Positions 61,836 through 64,000 of a stretch of 64,000 nucleotides of DNA are shown here, piece by piece. Location: assembly GCA_963665235.2 (NCBI GenBank), contig CAXXLX010000001.1, positions 2,976,001 through 3,040,000 on the forward strand. Reading direction: 5' to 3'. How positions within the stretch are numbered: position 1 is the first letter of the stretch; each line of letters begins with the position of its first letter. The translations under genes were made by a program, and so were the position numbers. The notes beneath the pieces were generated by a model. The model did not search any database. It was not told the origin of the DNA and was given only the letters and a program-made list of their open reading frames with translations. The stretch is from Candidatus Poribacteria bacterium (lineage in GTDB: Bacteria; Poribacteria; WGA-4E; WGA-3G).

Positions 61836-61989
61836 GGGCGACAAGCCCGCTCCTACAAAGTGAGGTTCCCTCTCTCGCTAGGTCTGCCTCTTAAGGAACA
61901 TTATCCCAACTTGTGCAAATTTAGGCGATATCCTTGTAGGGGCGAGGTCACCTCTCCCGCTAGGTCTGCCTCTAAATCCCATTATCTAT
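61836..61989. repeat. imperfect REP-containing tandem repeat between convergent genes
   Basis: CGCTAGGTCTGCCTCT...CATTATC occurs twice ~82 bp apart. Confidence 0.6.
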
Positions 61990-62065
61990 GGACTTTATCA
62001 ACGCGCTGCGTCCGTCTTGGTAGTAGTAGGGACCCGTGTCTCCTGCCCTTATACCGGTCAAGGTT

Positions 62066-63121
62066 TTATTTCTTCAGCACTCCCCACGTTACTTTTTTTT
62101 TATCGCGTGGGGTAACAGGCAGCACATCATCACTGATCCAATCCAACATTACATCATGCCCCGGGTGGTTTGTGAGCCGTGTAATCACGTGTGTCTGGCG
62201 ATGATACTTATAGATATTGGCATCTGGGAAGTCAAAATCACCCGGGAGTGCTCTGTTCAAAGGTATAGCTGCACGTGCACTAAAAACGATTGATTTCCCA
62301 TCATCCATCCAGTCAACGCTAATTCCTTCCTGGTCCTCCGGTATTTGTAGCTGTCTGATGTTTTCTCCGTTGCGGTCACATATCATATACCGAAACGCTT
62401 TGAAAAAAGGCCCTTCCCTGGGCTCATTGGGTACATGCACGGTTTTCCACTCTTTCTGGAGAAACACAATGTGTTTGCCATCAGGGGACCAACGCGGTCT
62501 TGAACGGTGAATCCAGAATTCCCCGCCTACAGCCGGTGCCGGTATCAATGGGCGGTGGTTGCGCCCATCGGCATCCATTATCCAAATCGTGGTATGGACT
62601 CCGTGCGTTGTAGGCACTGCACATATTATATGCTTGCCATCTGGTGACCAATCATGCTGGATACCCCAGAAATCCGATATTTTTTTCATCGTTCCCGTTT
62701 TTATATTCAGCACATAGGTACCGTTTTTTTGAACACGGTCCTTGTCATGAATAGGACGTTCAAGTTCAAAAACGATAGACTGACCATCCGGTGAAAATGA
62801 AGCTATATTGAGAGTACTCCCATCATTTTCTGTGAGTTGCCGAATGTTTGTGCCATCTGGATCCATCAAAAAAAGAACGCCCCTTCCATTTATCCGGACA
62901 CTTCTTTCAAACAGGATGTGTTTGCCATCGGGAGACCACCTATGTGGGTAGGGGTCTAACTCTTCGGATTCTGTGAGTCCTGTCTGGTTGCTGCCGTCAT
63001 CGTTCATCACATAGATACCTTGAACACCCTCGCGTTTTGAGCTAAAAACAATTTTGGCATGGGCGGCGGTTGACAAAAGCAGTAGCAGCAGGCATAAAAG
63101 AAAAACTTTGTGTGCCTTCAT
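62066..63121 (-). CDS. secreted TolB-like PD40 beta-propeller
   Basis: signal peptide, repeated (W/F)SPDG, IYVMNDDGSN; tail PVTPRDKKKVTWGVLK; RBS AAGGAG. Confidence 0.88.
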   Translation of the reverse strand: MKAHKVFLLCLLLLLLSTAAHAKIVFSSKREGVQGIYVMNDDGSNQTGLTESEELDPYPHRWSPDGKHILFERSVRINGRGVLFLMDPDGTNIRQLTENDGSTLNIASFSPDGQSIVFELERPIHDKDRVQKNGTYVLNIKTGTMKKISDFWGIQHDWSPDGKHIICAVPTTHGVHTTIWIMDADGRNHRPLIPAPAVGGEFWIHRSRPRWSPDGKHIVFLQKEWKTVHVPNEPREGPFFKAFRYMICDRNGENIRQLQIPEDQEGISVDWMDDGKSIVFSARAAIPLNRALPGDFDFPDANIYKYHRQTHVITRLTNHPGHDVMLDWISDDVLPVTPRDKKKVTWGVLKK

Positions 63122-63177
63122 GGGTATGCTCCTTAAAGAGAGTGGCAGGGGAACATGCCCCCCGCCAGTAAAACAAA

Positions 63178-63999
63178 TCATGGACCGTCGTCCGAAGTAA
63201 ACGTCACAGCCGTTGTCCCTGTCTGTTGTTTTGTATCTACTTCCCAGTCGTCTCTTTCAAGATTACCTGTCGTTGTACTCACCTGAAGGTGGGTGTGCGC
63301 GCCAAAATAACGCTTATCACCTTTTTCAAGGGTGCCGATGAAACGATTGAATTCCCTCCCATTGTCGTCAAAAGCACCGGGATAAAAATACTGAGAGGTT
63401 TCACCAACTTTAATAATTTCGGGTGGCTTGGTATCGCGTCGCTCAGGAGCTATACGGGCACCCTTGGGTCCGTCGTATTCATTCGTTATGAACCACGGAG
63501 CAACTTCCAGCGGGTTCTCGTTTGGGTTTTTTGCCTTGAGGTTATCCGTTGGGTTTGAGGCATAGGCAAAAGAATCCATAACAACATACGAACCGTCGTA
63601 GTAGAATCTACTGATCTCCGCGTAGCCGATGGCACCCGTCTTTTTACCTATTCGCCACAAGCCGATGGATTCAAACATCCTCACTTTGTAGGAAGCGGTG
63701 TCTTGGTCAATATTACCATCTTCATCCATGAACGATTGAACCACAGCCTTTATCGTATACTTCTCCCCTTTAATCTTACCGGGTGTTTTATCAGCAGGAG
63801 AGAAATAGGCAGTCGTTTTCGGATTGTTTACATGACTACTGCTCCATCCCACATAAACATCATTAATATACCACCACACATCTGAAAACGGTTCATCCGT
63901 TTTTAGATAAGTCGTGTGGTATGTGATACCGTTATAAGAATACTCTGTCGGTGTCAGATGGGAACTCCACAATCTTAATGGCTTCACTATTCTGGACAC
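63178..63999 (-). CDS. hypothetical protein, probably truncated by window edge
   Basis: open frame to end of window, beta-rich composition. Confidence 0.6.
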   Translation of the reverse strand: MSRIVKPLRLWSSHLTPTEYSYNGITYHTTYLKTDEPFSDVWWYINDVYVGWSSSHVNNPKTTAYFSPADKTPGKIKGEKYTIKAVVQSFMDEDGNIDQDTASYKVRMFESIGLWRIGKKTGAIGYAEISRFYYDGSYVVMDSFAYASNPTDNLKAKNPNENPLEVAPWFITNEYDGPKGARIAPERRDTKPPEIIKVGETSQYFYPGAFDDNGREFNRFIGTLEKGDKRYFGAHTHLQVSTTTGNLERDDWEVDTKQQTGTTAVTFTSDDGP

Positions 64000-64000
64000 C

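Overview
Bacterial chromosomal window, probably Candidatus Poribacteria. This is inferred from the gene repertoire (PhyH dioxygenases, sulfatases, LamG/PD40 proteins ending in a V-x-P-x-x-K-x-x-x-T-W-x-x-[LI]-K tail) and the style of the intergenic repeats. Housekeeping genes (mazG, nfi, uxaC, secG, tpiA, gap, trmJ-like, aspS, der, comM-like) alternate with carbohydrate/sulfate-ester catabolic genes and accessory DNA. Highlights: (1) four secreted proteins from three unrelated families share one C-terminal motif, a candidate sorting signal; (2) a complete-looking IsrB (OMEGA) element with omegaRNA sits exactly between the RBS and ATG of a cyclophilin gene; (3) a ParA-ATPase + HEPN two-gene candidate defence module lies in a repeat-rich island (18.5-25.8 kb) that also holds a 1.08 kb non-coding element with inverted ends and three ~214 bp tandem units, plus a MITE with a target-site duplication; (4) a non-autonomous IS200/IS605 element retains TnpB-type ends; (5) AspRS, a DAACS transporter and an AI-2E transporter each carry a large inserted domain; (6) a LecA-like lectin; (7) an unannotated 51-aa ORF behind a consensus sigma-54 site; (8) two frameshifted genes. 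No rRNA, tRNA or CRISPR array was seen. All family calls come from motif recognition by eye, not from database searches.
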